Assembly (NCBI GenBank): GCA_038227175.1
Contig: JBBRPZ010000011.1
Location: 16,182-80,181 of the forward strand
DNA: 64,000 nt
Direction: 5' to 3'
From: Pyrinomonadales bacterium
GTDB lineage: Bacteria; Acidobacteriota; Blastocatellia; Pyrinomonadales; Pyrinomonadaceae
The position numbers and the translations under genes are program-made. Position 1 is the stretch's first letter. Each line of letters starts with the position of its first letter. The notes under the pieces were generated by a model. That model did not search any database. It saw only the letters and a list, made by a program, of their open reading frames with translations, and was not told where the DNA came from. Shown here piece by piece: positions 55,879-64,000 of this stretch.

Positions 55879-56582
55879 CCTCTCTCTCGCAGATTTGCAA
55901 AATCGGCGGCCTCATCGGTCTCAGTTTCGGAGTAATCGGCATCAAACGGCACAGGCCGCGCCACTTGCTTAAAATCGCCGCCCCGCTCGTCATCAACGTG
56001 CAGCTCGCCCGGGGGAATGAACGACGGCACATCGTACTCACCCGTTTGGGTGGAATCCTTCCGAATAAGATCGCCAATATCGCCGAGGTCGATAAAAAAA
56101 TCGGCTACGTCAATCAGCCTCGGGGCCGTATTCGAGCGAAACCCGGCGACCTCGACCCTGCAGCCTTTGTAAGCGACGGCGTTGACGGCGTAGACAAAAT
56201 CTTCGTCGCCGGACACCAAAACGGCGGTGTCGTAACGACCCGCGAGACTCAGCATATCGACGGCGATCTCGACATCGAGATTCGCTTTTCGGGTGCCGTC
56301 GTAGAAGGTCTTGAGCTGCTTCTGAATGACGCGAAAGCCATTGCGCCGCATCCACAACAGAAACCCCTGCTGCCGCTCTGCTCCGACATCTACGCCGGTG
56401 TAGAAAAATGCCCTCAGCAGACGCCCGTCACCGAGCAGCAGCCGGAGCAGCTTATTGTAATCGATATCTATATTATGAAAACGCGCTGCGTGAAACAGAT
56501 TATTGCCGTCGATAAAAACGGCGACCCGTCCACGATGCCCAAACTGCCAGGATGAGCTGGTAGTCGTGTCGAACTGCATCAT
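55875..56582 (-). CDS. NYN-domain (LabA/DUF88-like) putative RNase
   Basis: VAVFIDGNNLFHA and VLVSGDEDFVYAV acidic motifs. Confidence 0.8.
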   Translation of the reverse strand: MMQFDTTTSSSWQFGHRGRVAVFIDGNNLFHAARFHNIDIDYNKLLRLLLGDGRLLRAFFYTGVDVGAERQQGFLLWMRRNGFRVIQKQLKTFYDGTRKANLDVEIAVDMLSLAGRYDTAVLVSGDEDFVYAVNAVAYKGCRVEVAGFRSNTAPRLIDVADFFIDLGDIGDLIRKDSTQTGEYDVPSFIPPGELHVDDERGGDFKQVARPVPFDADYSETETDEAADFANLRERG

Positions 56583-56886
56583 GTTAAGTACCTCAAACTG
56601 CGAGTATAAACGGCTAATTCCGAGGTCGGACAGGCGAAGAAAATTTCGGTGAGGGCAAGGCGTTTGTTAAATCAGCAATTGATCTTGAAGTTCCGAACTA
56701 TCCAGTTTTCAAAAAATATCAGAGTTTACCTAATAAAGTGCCTTAATATTATTTTGCCAATACCGACGATCCCTATCGTCTGCTTTTATCATAATTGAGC
56801 CTGCTCCTAGTTTGCCAACCCAGCATGATGCGGTCAAGCAATTTCGTGATGAAAGTGTTAAAATTCTTTGTCACCATCCTCTTTTT

Positions 56887-57903
56887 ATGCCAGATATTGC
56901 TGAAAACCAATCCGACGACACGCCCGGATTTGATCCTCGCATCCAAACTGAGGACATCGCCTTTAAACCGCACGAAATGGTGGTGTGCGGAGCCTGCGGG
57001 CGAACAAATCCGCCGAACCGGCTTGCATGCATCTATTGCGCAAATCCGCTTGAGATCAAGCCTGAAAATGCCGCGTTGATCAAGCCAGCCTTGCGAAGGC
57101 TCGACGCGTGGGAGCTGGGCTATAATGTGATACTAGTTGAACCGATGGCAATGGATCAGGCACCTGTGGCGAATGCGGCAGCTTTTTTATCGATGGATCC
57201 GGACACCCTCGCCGTAATTCTTGATGCCGGCGAACCTCTGCCGCTCGCCCGTGTGGAAAGTCAGGCAGAGGCCGATATTTTGATCGCGGGTCTCGACCGC
57301 CTCGGGCTGAGATCGAGGGTCGTCACCGATGCCGATCTGGCGGATGACAAACTGCCGATCCGCTTGAGCGGTATCGAACTCCGCGATCAAACCATTAGCG
57401 TTACAGATTTTAATACCCGAAAGGTGACTGAGATCAACATCGACGATCTGGCATTGCTCGTACCGGGAATCATTACGACGAGTAAAGTGGATGCCGTTGA
57501 GAAAAAGGGCCGAGGCGGAAAATCCAAGGTCATCGACGAAACGGCAACAGCCTCAGACGAATCGATCCTTGATATTTACAGTCGCCACGACCCTGTCGGA
57601 TTTCGCGTGCAGCTGACCGGATTTGATTTCTCGTGTCTTGGTGATGACAAAGGGATGATAGCTGTCGAGAATCTGCGCCGCCTCATTGTCGTGTTAAAGG
57701 AACACGCCTCGAATGCCCGACTTGTCGCCGATTATAAACCAGTGCGGGTGGCCCTCGGGCAGGTTTGGGAGGTCGAATTCAGAAAGGATCCGAAAGGGGT
57801 ACAGCGGTCAGGATTTGCCAAACGAGAATTCGGCACAGTATCCTCCACAAGCAATCTACGGCAATTTACAAAGTATTCGCGACTGCAATGGCATCTGTTA
57901 TGA
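56887..57903 (+). CDS. Hypothetical protein with N-terminal zinc ribbon
   Basis: CGACGR...CIYC. The rest has no recognisable motif. ATG 56887 is preferred over 56812. Confidence 0.5.
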   Translation: MPDIAENQSDDTPGFDPRIQTEDIAFKPHEMVVCGACGRTNPPNRLACIYCANPLEIKPENAALIKPALRRLDAWELGYNVILVEPMAMDQAPVANAAAFLSMDPDTLAVILDAGEPLPLARVESQAEADILIAGLDRLGLRSRVVTDADLADDKLPIRLSGIELRDQTISVTDFNTRKVTEINIDDLALLVPGIITTSKVDAVEKKGRGGKSKVIDETATASDESILDIYSRHDPVGFRVQLTGFDFSCLGDDKGMIAVENLRRLIVVLKEHASNARLVADYKPVRVALGQVWEVEFRKDPKGVQRSGFAKREFGTVSSTSNLRQFTKYSRLQWHLL

Positions 57904-58745
57904 AGAAAAAGGGACAAGGAATGAGGGACAAGGGACGAGAGAGAGAGCAGAGCGATCTTCGATCGAAGCCCTCGCCCCTCGCCCCTCATTCCCCGTCCCT
58001 CATCTACGGTGTGCTGCCGGTTCTCGAAGCGCTTCGGGCCGACAACCGCCGCGTCGACAAGGTCCTGATCGTCGACGGGGCCAAGGAGCATCGGCTCTCC
58101 GAGATCATTGACCTGTGCCGCTCGCATTCGATCGCGTGGAACCGCGTGCCTCGCGAGACGTTTGCCAGGCATCTCGACAGCCAGGTAAATCACCAGAGCG
58201 TACTGGCGTTTTCGGCTTCGGCCGCGTATGTGACAACGTTAGATATTTTGGAACAAGCCGGCGAGACGCCGCTGATCGTAATCCTTGACGGTATCGAAGA
58301 CCCGCGAAATCTCGGAGCCATTCTGCGAGCAGCCGAATGTGCCGGAGTAGATGGTGTCGTCATTCCCGAACGCCGGGCGGTCGGTCTAAACGACACCGTC
58401 GCGAAATCTTCGGCCGGTGCGATCGAGTATGTAAAGGTCGCAAAAACTACAAACCTGAATCGATTTATCGAAACGCTGAAAGAGCAGGATATCTGGGTTG
58501 TTGGCACAAGCGCGGATGCGGAGACGAGCTACGTCGATTGGGATTGGACGCGGTCCTCGGCTCTTGTGCTGGGCGGCGAAGGCGGTGGGCTGCACAGGCT
58601 CGTCGCGGAGAACTGCGACGTCTTGGTAAAAATACCGATGTATGGAAAAATAGATTCTCTGAACGTATCGGTCGCCGCGGGCGTAATACTTTTCGAAGCG
58701 GTTAGACAACGAGTTTCGAGTTCCAAGGTACGGGTTCCGAGTTAG
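57900..58745 (+). CDS. rlmB: 23S rRNA (guanosine-2'-O)-methyltransferase RlmB (SpoU/TrmH family)
   Basis: IYGVLPVLEAL, LDGIEDPRNLGAILR, and ESLNVSVAAGVILFE. ATGA overlap with the upstream stop. The in-frame ATG at 57921 is an alternative start. Both termini are encoded by repeat elements. Confidence 0.8.
   Translation: MKKKGQGMRDKGREREQSDLRSKPSPLAPHSPSLIYGVLPVLEALRADNRRVDKVLIVDGAKEHRLSEIIDLCRSHSIAWNRVPRETFARHLDSQVNHQSVLAFSASAAYVTTLDILEQAGETPLIVILDGIEDPRNLGAILRAAECAGVDGVVIPERRAVGLNDTVAKSSAGAIEYVKVAKTTNLNRFIETLKEQDIWVVGTSADAETSYVDWDWTRSSALVLGGEGGGLHRLVAENCDVLVKIPMYGKIDSLNVSVAAGVILFEAVRQRVSSSKVRVPS
57911..57999. repeat. Word-array hairpin element (gggac words) at the rlmB 5' end
   Basis: gggacaaggaatgagggacaagggacgag against ctcgcccctcgcccctcattccccgtccc. 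Pairing is 24/29, and the 5 mismatches are all A.C on the plus strand, which corresponds to U.G on the minus strand. Confidence 0.85.
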
Positions 58746-58788
58746 ATGCGGAAAGTCGATTTGGAGCTTGAAACTCGGAGCTCGGAGC
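58710..58788. repeat. Word-array hairpin element (ggaact/cgagtt words) at the rlmB 3' end
   Basis: cgagtttcgagttccaaggtacgggttccgagtt ... ggagcttgaaactcggagctcggagc. Confidence 0.75.
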
Positions 58789-58797
58789 ATAAAATAT

Positions 58798-59313
58798 ATG
58801 TTTTGCCCAAAATGCGGTGGTCAAAATCCGGAAACAGGAAAATTTTGTCGAAGTTGCGGCACTGACCTTGGCAACGTTTCGCAAGCGTTGACGGGCAATA
58901 TGCCGCAGGCCCGGCCGATGCTGGATCGCAAAGGCAAGCCTCTCAGCTGGGACCGAGCCGTGGCAAAGATCTTTACCGGGCTCGCCTTTATCGCGGTTTC
59001 TCTCGCCTTGGCTTTCTCGCAGGCGGGCCGCGGCTGGTGGTTCTGGATGCTGATCCCGGCCTTCTCAAGCCTCGGGGCCGGCGTTGCTCAATACGTTCAA
59101 TTACGAAAGGCAGAAAAGGGCGGCATGATGTACTCACCGGAAATTTTACCGCCAGCCCAAAATACCGCCCTGCCGCCGCCGCAAACGGCTTGGGTTGCCC
59201 CCGACAACCGCTACAAAACCGGTGACCTCGTCCCGCCAAGCGTTACCGATGGCACAACCCGGCACCTGGAAATGGATTCCGAAAACCAGACGATGCCGCT
59301 GCCGAAGAAATAA
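58798..59313 (+). CDS. Zinc-ribbon membrane protein
   Basis: MFCPKCG...CRSCG followed by two hydrophobic segments. Confidence 0.6.
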   Translation: MFCPKCGGQNPETGKFCRSCGTDLGNVSQALTGNMPQARPMLDRKGKPLSWDRAVAKIFTGLAFIAVSLALAFSQAGRGWWFWMLIPAFSSLGAGVAQYVQLRKAEKGGMMYSPEILPPAQNTALPPPQTAWVAPDNRYKTGDLVPPSVTDGTTRHLEMDSENQTMPLPKK

Positions 59314-59315
59314 AG

Positions 59316-60152
59316 CTATTTTTTCCGTAAGCTCAACTTGTGCCCGTTGAGACGTTCCAGGATCGAAAGATACCTTCGCGGGAAAAGGCGTGAAATGATG
59401 CTGATGGCTTTAGCGTCTTTGCCGATCAGGATGCGGGGCTCGTTTGATTTAATTCCTTTCACTATCACATCGGCGGCGACCTCGGGTGTCGTCTTGGCGA
59501 TGCGGTCAAAGAGCTTTGCGCCCTGATCTTTCCATTCACCGGGCGTATCTTTTCCGACGCGGGAATTGCGGACGATGTTTGTCAAAATGCCGCCCGGATG
59601 GACGCATGAAATAGCCACATTTGTGCCTTCCATTTCGTGACGAAGGCTCTCGGTAAATCCTCGAACGGCAAATTTTGACGAGCAGTAGGCCGACTGTTCT
59701 TGGGGAGCGATGAAACCGAAAACGCTCGAAACATTAACGATATGAGATGACGGCTGCTGCGTCAGTATTGGCAAAAAGACCTTGCAACCGTACACGACGC
59801 CCCAAAAGTTGATGCCCATTAGCCACTCGAAATCTTCGATCGAAAGTTGCTCGAACGTTCCGATCACGCCGACGCCGGCGTTGTTTATCAAGTGCGTCAC
59901 GCGGCCATGCCGAGCCATTACGTCATCGGCAAGTTGCTGAACCTGCTTGAGATCGGATAGGTCGGTCACGTGAAGCGAAACAGACACACAGAGTTTTTCA
60001 ACCATCGCGGCAGTCTCGGTCAGGCCCTCTTCGTTAACGTCGGAGACGGCGATCGCGGCGATCTTTTCCTCGGCAAGTCGCACCGCCAACGCCCGGCCGA
60101 TTCCCGAGGCCGCTCCGGTAATGACCGCGACACTATTGTTTGAAAGACTCAT
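59316..60152 (-). CDS. SDR-family oxidoreductase
   Basis: TGAASGIGRALA, NNAG, and the S...YCSSK catalytic triad pattern. Confidence 0.88.
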   Translation of the reverse strand: MSLSNNSVAVITGAASGIGRALAVRLAEEKIAAIAVSDVNEEGLTETAAMVEKLCVSVSLHVTDLSDLKQVQQLADDVMARHGRVTHLINNAGVGVIGTFEQLSIEDFEWLMGINFWGVVYGCKVFLPILTQQPSSHIVNVSSVFGFIAPQEQSAYCSSKFAVRGFTESLRHEMEGTNVAISCVHPGGILTNIVRNSRVGKDTPGEWKDQGAKLFDRIAKTTPEVAADVIVKGIKSNEPRILIGKDAKAISIISRLFPRRYLSILERLNGHKLSLRKK

Positions 60153-60160
60153 AAGAACTT

Positions 60161-60251
60161 TCGCCGCAGATAAACGCGGACGACGCAGATAAGAAATAAC
60201 GGATGATCGATCTGATTCTTAACAGCGTTTATCTGCGTCAATCGGCGGCTA
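60161..60251. repeat. Word-array hairpin element (gcagata words) filling an intergenic spacer
   Basis: gccgcagataaacgcggacgacgcagataag ... gcgtttatctgcgtcaatcggcggc. Confidence 0.75.
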
Positions 60252-60252
60252 A

Positions 60253-62394
60253 TTATTTCTTAATAACAACGCGGGCGTTTCCCGCATTGCCGTTCACGTC
60301 GTAAACACGGATCGTGACCGCATATTCACCTGAGGCAGCGGGAACGTCGACCGAATATGTCTCAGTCGGTGAATCCGAGATGCCGTCGTCGGCATAGATC
60401 GGTTTCCATTCGCCTCCGTTGATGCTGTACTCGGCACGAACCACATAGCTGGACTTGTCAGTGGCCGTGAACACAGCTTTTGCCGACGTGCTGCTTACCA
60501 CGGTTACGATAGGCGGTGTGTTGTCGACGTCGATCGGCTCGGTTATGCGTTCGCCTGAAAGGGCCGTGCCGGCGGGGTTTGAAGGCGAATCTTTGGCAAC
60601 GATCTTAAAGATGTAACGCCCGTCGGCCAGCGATTGACCATCGATGGCGATAAAATTGTCCGTCAAACCGCCTCTCAACAGCTTGAAATTTGCATCGCCG
60701 ACCTCCTTATAAAGAACGTCATACACAATTTTATCGCCGTTGCGATCCTCGGCCGTCCACTGGAGCGATGTTGCCCCGCGTTGGTAGACGCGACGCGGCG
60801 GAACGGCAACGCTCGGGATGCCAAACGTCACGGGATCCATCCCCGACAGTTCGATATTCGGATCGATCTGCTGGGGCGGATTGGCCGCGAGGCCGACATT
60901 GGTAGGGAGGATCTGAATAGACAAAACCTCGGGGGCGATATTTCGGGCCGCAAACGAAACGCTAACCTCGTTCAGCGTGGCGGCCATTGCTTTCAAAACG
61001 GCACGCCATTGGAGGTATTTTGCCTTCGGACTCGAGACCTGTCCCCCTTTTTGATCTGTCAGTGCCGTACTCCAGGCGCTCCATGTCTCATCGGCTTTTT
61101 CCGTATTTCCAGACCGCGTCTGGATCGTCACATTGCCGCTCGACCGCCACCAAATGCGGCCCCAGGTCGCTGTGGCCTTGGCGTCCAGCACCGCCGAATC
61201 GTACGTTCCCTCGGCAACCGTCTCCGGACCAAGGCGATAGAGTACACCCTGATTGCTAGATGTCGCGATTATGCTGTTTCCGACCGAACGGAGCGTCGAT
61301 ATCTGATTCGCGTCGGTCTGCAGTACGAGCGTATCGCGGCCTTCGTTCGTGATGTTGTAAATGCGGCCTTTATCGGATGTTCCGAGCAAGACGCCGTTTC
61401 CGTTTTGGTTGGCAAAAAGCGAAAATCCCGTCACACTCGGCGAGGCCCAGATTATGTCCGTGCTGCCGTCCGGTAAGATATGATAAACAGCGGATTTCGC
61501 GGCGGTCAGATCATAGCGGCTCTTTGCGGGCGGCTCGGGGTTGAGCGGATTTGGTTTATCGACCGAGACGGTCTTGTTTTCCGGGGTGGCTGCAGGCGTC
61601 GCGGCGGCGGCTTCGACGGGTTTTGGGGTCGAAGCGGATTCGCCAAGCGCCAGTACATAGAGCGAGCCGTCCGGGCCGACAGCGAGGTCGTGAATTTCTC
61701 TCAACGGCGAATCGAGCAACCCGAATGGCTTCCCATCCGGTCCGAATCGCATCACAAGCCCGCTTGAATCCGTACCGGCGTAAAGATTTCCCAACTTGTC
61801 CGTTGCTAACGAAATGATATGCGTTTCGCTAGTATCAAAAAGCAGCGCCGCCGCCGGGACCGCATTTGCAGCCTTCACCTTGTATATCCTGCCGCCGTCA
61901 CCGGTACCGACCGCGAGGCTGCCGTCGCTCAAAACCGCGAGCGACCAGATGTACTTTTCTTTCGGCTCAAAATAGACGTCGGCCTTGCCGGCTGCGTCGA
62001 TCTTGTACACCTTGCCGTCGGGCGAGGTAGCGGCATAGATCTCGCCAGATCTGCCGAGAGCGAGAGCGGAAACGTTCATCTCGCTCAGATCAGTGAAAAG
62101 CGTTCCTTTTCCGGTCGGGTCGACCTTAAATATCTTGCCATCGCCACCCGTTCCGAGATAGACATTTCCCGTGGTGTCCGAGATGCTCGACCAGATATAC
62201 GGTTGTCCGGTTTTGAAAACCTCGGTCAGTTTCGGAGCCAGACTGATATTACCTTCCGAATCTATCGAGACGCCGCGAGCATCGCCTTTGACGACATCGG
62301 CACGCGAGTTTACCGACCAAATGGACGGCCCGGCGGCAAAACAAAGAATGGAAAGTGCAAAAACGGCGAGGACAACAGCTAGGAATTTCTTCAT
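60253..62394 (-). CDS. Secreted beta-propeller repeat protein with C-terminal Ig/FN3-like domains (hypothetical)
   Basis: Signal peptide. Repeated G.IY.GT...G.IYKV blades. The C-terminus is beta-rich (YSINGGEWKPIY). Confidence 0.6.
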   Translation of the reverse strand: MKKFLAVVLAVFALSILCFAAGPSIWSVNSRADVVKGDARGVSIDSEGNISLAPKLTEVFKTGQPYIWSSISDTTGNVYLGTGGDGKIFKVDPTGKGTLFTDLSEMNVSALALGRSGEIYAATSPDGKVYKIDAAGKADVYFEPKEKYIWSLAVLSDGSLAVGTGDGGRIYKVKAANAVPAAALLFDTSETHIISLATDKLGNLYAGTDSSGLVMRFGPDGKPFGLLDSPLREIHDLAVGPDGSLYVLALGESASTPKPVEAAAATPAATPENKTVSVDKPNPLNPEPPAKSRYDLTAAKSAVYHILPDGSTDIIWASPSVTGFSLFANQNGNGVLLGTSDKGRIYNITNEGRDTLVLQTDANQISTLRSVGNSIIATSSNQGVLYRLGPETVAEGTYDSAVLDAKATATWGRIWWRSSGNVTIQTRSGNTEKADETWSAWSTALTDQKGGQVSSPKAKYLQWRAVLKAMAATLNEVSVSFAARNIAPEVLSIQILPTNVGLAANPPQQIDPNIELSGMDPVTFGIPSVAVPPRRVYQRGATSLQWTAEDRNGDKIVYDVLYKEVGDANFKLLRGGLTDNFIAIDGQSLADGRYIFKIVAKDSPSNPAGTALSGERITEPIDVDNTPPIVTVVSSTSAKAVFTATDKSSYVVRAEYSINGGEWKPIYADDGISDSPTETYSVDVPAASGEYAVTIRVYDVNGNAGNARVVIKK

Positions 62395-62490
62395 TTATTT
62401 GAAAGGAACGAGGCCAAATTAAGATGTGAGATATGATAGCAAATTCCGCCTGGAATTCGCTCCGCTCCGAACCAAAAGTACCTTCGCCTC

Positions 62491-63843
62491 CTACCGTCTA
62501 GTCCCCGACCGGGTGATGGGTTTTGGCTTTCGTTCGTCTTTTACGTCGATGGCTACAGGTCGGGTTTCGAGAAATCGCATCGCGTCACGCATCTCGTCAG
62601 CGTCGCCGGTGATAAGCCGGGCGCTTCGCTCACGGGTCAGGTAGGCCCAGAACCACTCAAATAATACTGCAAGCCGGTTGCGGAAACCGATCAGAAAAAA
62701 CACATGCAGAAAGAGCCACATCAGCCATGCGATAAAACCTGTGAACTTGAATCCCGCAGCCTCGGCGATCGCCTTGCTCCGGCCGATGGTGGCCATTGAA
62801 CCTTTGTCGACATATCGAAAGTTCTCCAGCGGCTCTTTCTTGAGATCGCGGAGAATATTCTTCGCGGTCGCCCGTCCCATCTGCATCGCGGCCGGGCTGA
62901 CACCGGGAACAGGCTGGCCGTTTTGCTGCAATAACGACGCCATATCGCCGATAACAAAGATATTCTTGAATCCTTGGAGCGACAGATCAGGCTCAACAAA
63001 AATCCGCCCCGCCTTGTCGGTTTCGAGACCTAACGCCGTGCCCAAAGGTGACGCCGCAACGCCAGTCGCCCAAAGCACCACATCACAGTCGATCCATTTG
63101 TCGCCAACCTTGATTCGGCCCGCCTCAACATCGGTGACAAAGCTGTTGAGATGAACTTCGACGCCGGTGGATTCGAGCTGCGATTTTGCGCTTGTCGAAA
63201 GATCGCCCGCAAATGTGCCGAGTACGCGGTCGGATCCTTCGAAAAGCATCACCCTCGCTTTCCGCGTGTCGATCGCCATAAAATCCTTTGCAAGAGCTTT
63301 TCTCGCAATGTCGGCGATTGCACCCGCCAACTCGACGCCGGTCGGCCCGCCTCCGACGACGACAAAATTCAACTGCCGCTGAATGCCCGTCAGATATGCG
63401 TCACGCTCGGCGTATTCAAAAGCAAGCAGCACGCGTCGGCGAATCTCGACCGCGTCCTCGATTGTTTTTAACCCCGGAGCTTCTCGCTCCCAATCGTCGT
63501 GACCAAAATAGGAGTGTCTCGCACCGGCCGCAACGATCAGATAGTCATACGCGATCTCGGAGCCATGGGTCAGCGTTATCCGGTTATTTTCCTTATCAAA
63601 CCCGGCGACATCACCGAGAATTACCTCAATATTTTTGTATTTATGAAGGATGCGGCGGATCGGCTGGGCGATCTCGCCGGGCGACAGTACGGCGGTCGCT
63701 ACCTGGTAAAGCAGCGGCTGGAAAACGTGATGATTCTTACGGTCGATCAGCGTGACCTCGACCGGTTTATTTGCCAGAGCCTTCGCAGCAGACAGGCCGC
63801 CGAAACCGCCGCCGATGATCACTACCTTCGGTTTTTCGCTCAT
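62491..63843 (-). CDS. ndh: Type II NADH dehydrogenase (NAD(P)/FAD-dependent oxidoreductase)
   Basis: VVIIGGGFGGLSAA and VVVGGGPTGVELAG dinucleotide motifs, and a C-terminal membrane-anchoring helix. ATG 63843 has GGAGG 8 nt upstream. Confidence 0.88.
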   Translation of the reverse strand: MSEKPKVVIIGGGFGGLSAAKALANKPVEVTLIDRKNHHVFQPLLYQVATAVLSPGEIAQPIRRILHKYKNIEVILGDVAGFDKENNRITLTHGSEIAYDYLIVAAGARHSYFGHDDWEREAPGLKTIEDAVEIRRRVLLAFEYAERDAYLTGIQRQLNFVVVGGGPTGVELAGAIADIARKALAKDFMAIDTRKARVMLFEGSDRVLGTFAGDLSTSAKSQLESTGVEVHLNSFVTDVEAGRIKVGDKWIDCDVVLWATGVAASPLGTALGLETDKAGRIFVEPDLSLQGFKNIFVIGDMASLLQQNGQPVPGVSPAAMQMGRATAKNILRDLKKEPLENFRYVDKGSMATIGRSKAIAEAAGFKFTGFIAWLMWLFLHVFFLIGFRNRLAVLFEWFWAYLTRERSARLITGDADEMRDAMRFLETRPVAIDVKDERKPKPITRSGTRR

Positions 63844-63896
63844 AACCCACGCCTCCACCGAGTAAAGCTTGTGAAAAGTATCACACGATTATTATC

Positions 63897-64000
63897 TCAT
63901 ATCCCAATGTACTTTGCGTACAAAGATCTGGCTACGGTAACGTCGTCCGTCCCGCGCACAATAGCCCGGCCGTCGCGAAACACGGTCACTTCATTTTCGC
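63897..64000 (-). CDS. 3' end of a CDS continuing beyond the window (possibly a ThiF/MoeB-type adenylyltransferase C-terminus)
   Basis: The minus-strand frame reads ...ENEVTVFRDGRAIVRGTDDVTVARSLYAKYIGI*. The family assignment is from memory of similar C-termini and is unverified. Confidence 0.35.
   Translation of the reverse strand, partial: ENEVTVFRDGRAIVRGTDDVTVARSLYAKYIGI

Noticed and set aside
7404-60251. Possibility that the many short repeats represent a CRISPR array or degenerate arrays
   Set aside because: The repeats are inverted (hairpin) rather than direct. They are dispersed singly between genes rather than regularly spaced, and no cas genes are present.

Overview
Gene-dense chromosomal window with about 55 CDS and one tRNA-Val(CAC). 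I saw no rRNA, CRISPR array, prophage or classical defence island. The gene content (sortilin/VPS10-like and Ycf48-like BNR propeller proteins, GH2, MoxR-DUF58, ECF sigma/anti-sigma/DUF4097) suggests an Acidobacteriota-like bacterium, but this is inference only. Housekeeping metabolism dominates: a kynurenine-pathway operon (ACMSD, kynureninase, small VOC protein, kynurenine 3-monooxygenase, cyclase/formamidase-like), nadB, an acyl-CoA ligase, aroA-aroK, era-prmA, ppc, gltBD, rlmB and ndh. The most unusual signal is non-genic. The window is saturated with short hairpin (REP/MITE-like) elements of several kinds: (i) a GTCAGAAC-terminated double-hairpin element; (ii) 'word-array' hairpins whose arms are 2-4 tandem 6-8 bp words, with different words in different copies but the same architecture and often a TT(W)GCCNC terminus; (iii) CTTTAG/CTAAAG-centred palindromes. 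Several copies are translated in frame inside conserved enzymes: KMO twice, PrmA, the NadB linker, the RlmB N- and C-termini, and the NFACT protein tail. A RAYT (IS200-like Y1 transposase) gene bracketed by about 60-bp inverted double-hairpin repeats lies at 9160-9728 and shares the TTGCCAC terminus. Other candidates worth follow-up are: an orphan Rad50/SbcC-like ATPase with a C-x6-C apex motif, tightly coupled to an HD hydrolase and RNase HI; a terminator/antiterminator-like leader upstream of gltB; and a VOC-fold gene in the kynurenine operon where 3-hydroxyanthranilate dioxygenase would be expected. All product calls rest on motif recognition by eye and no database search was run.
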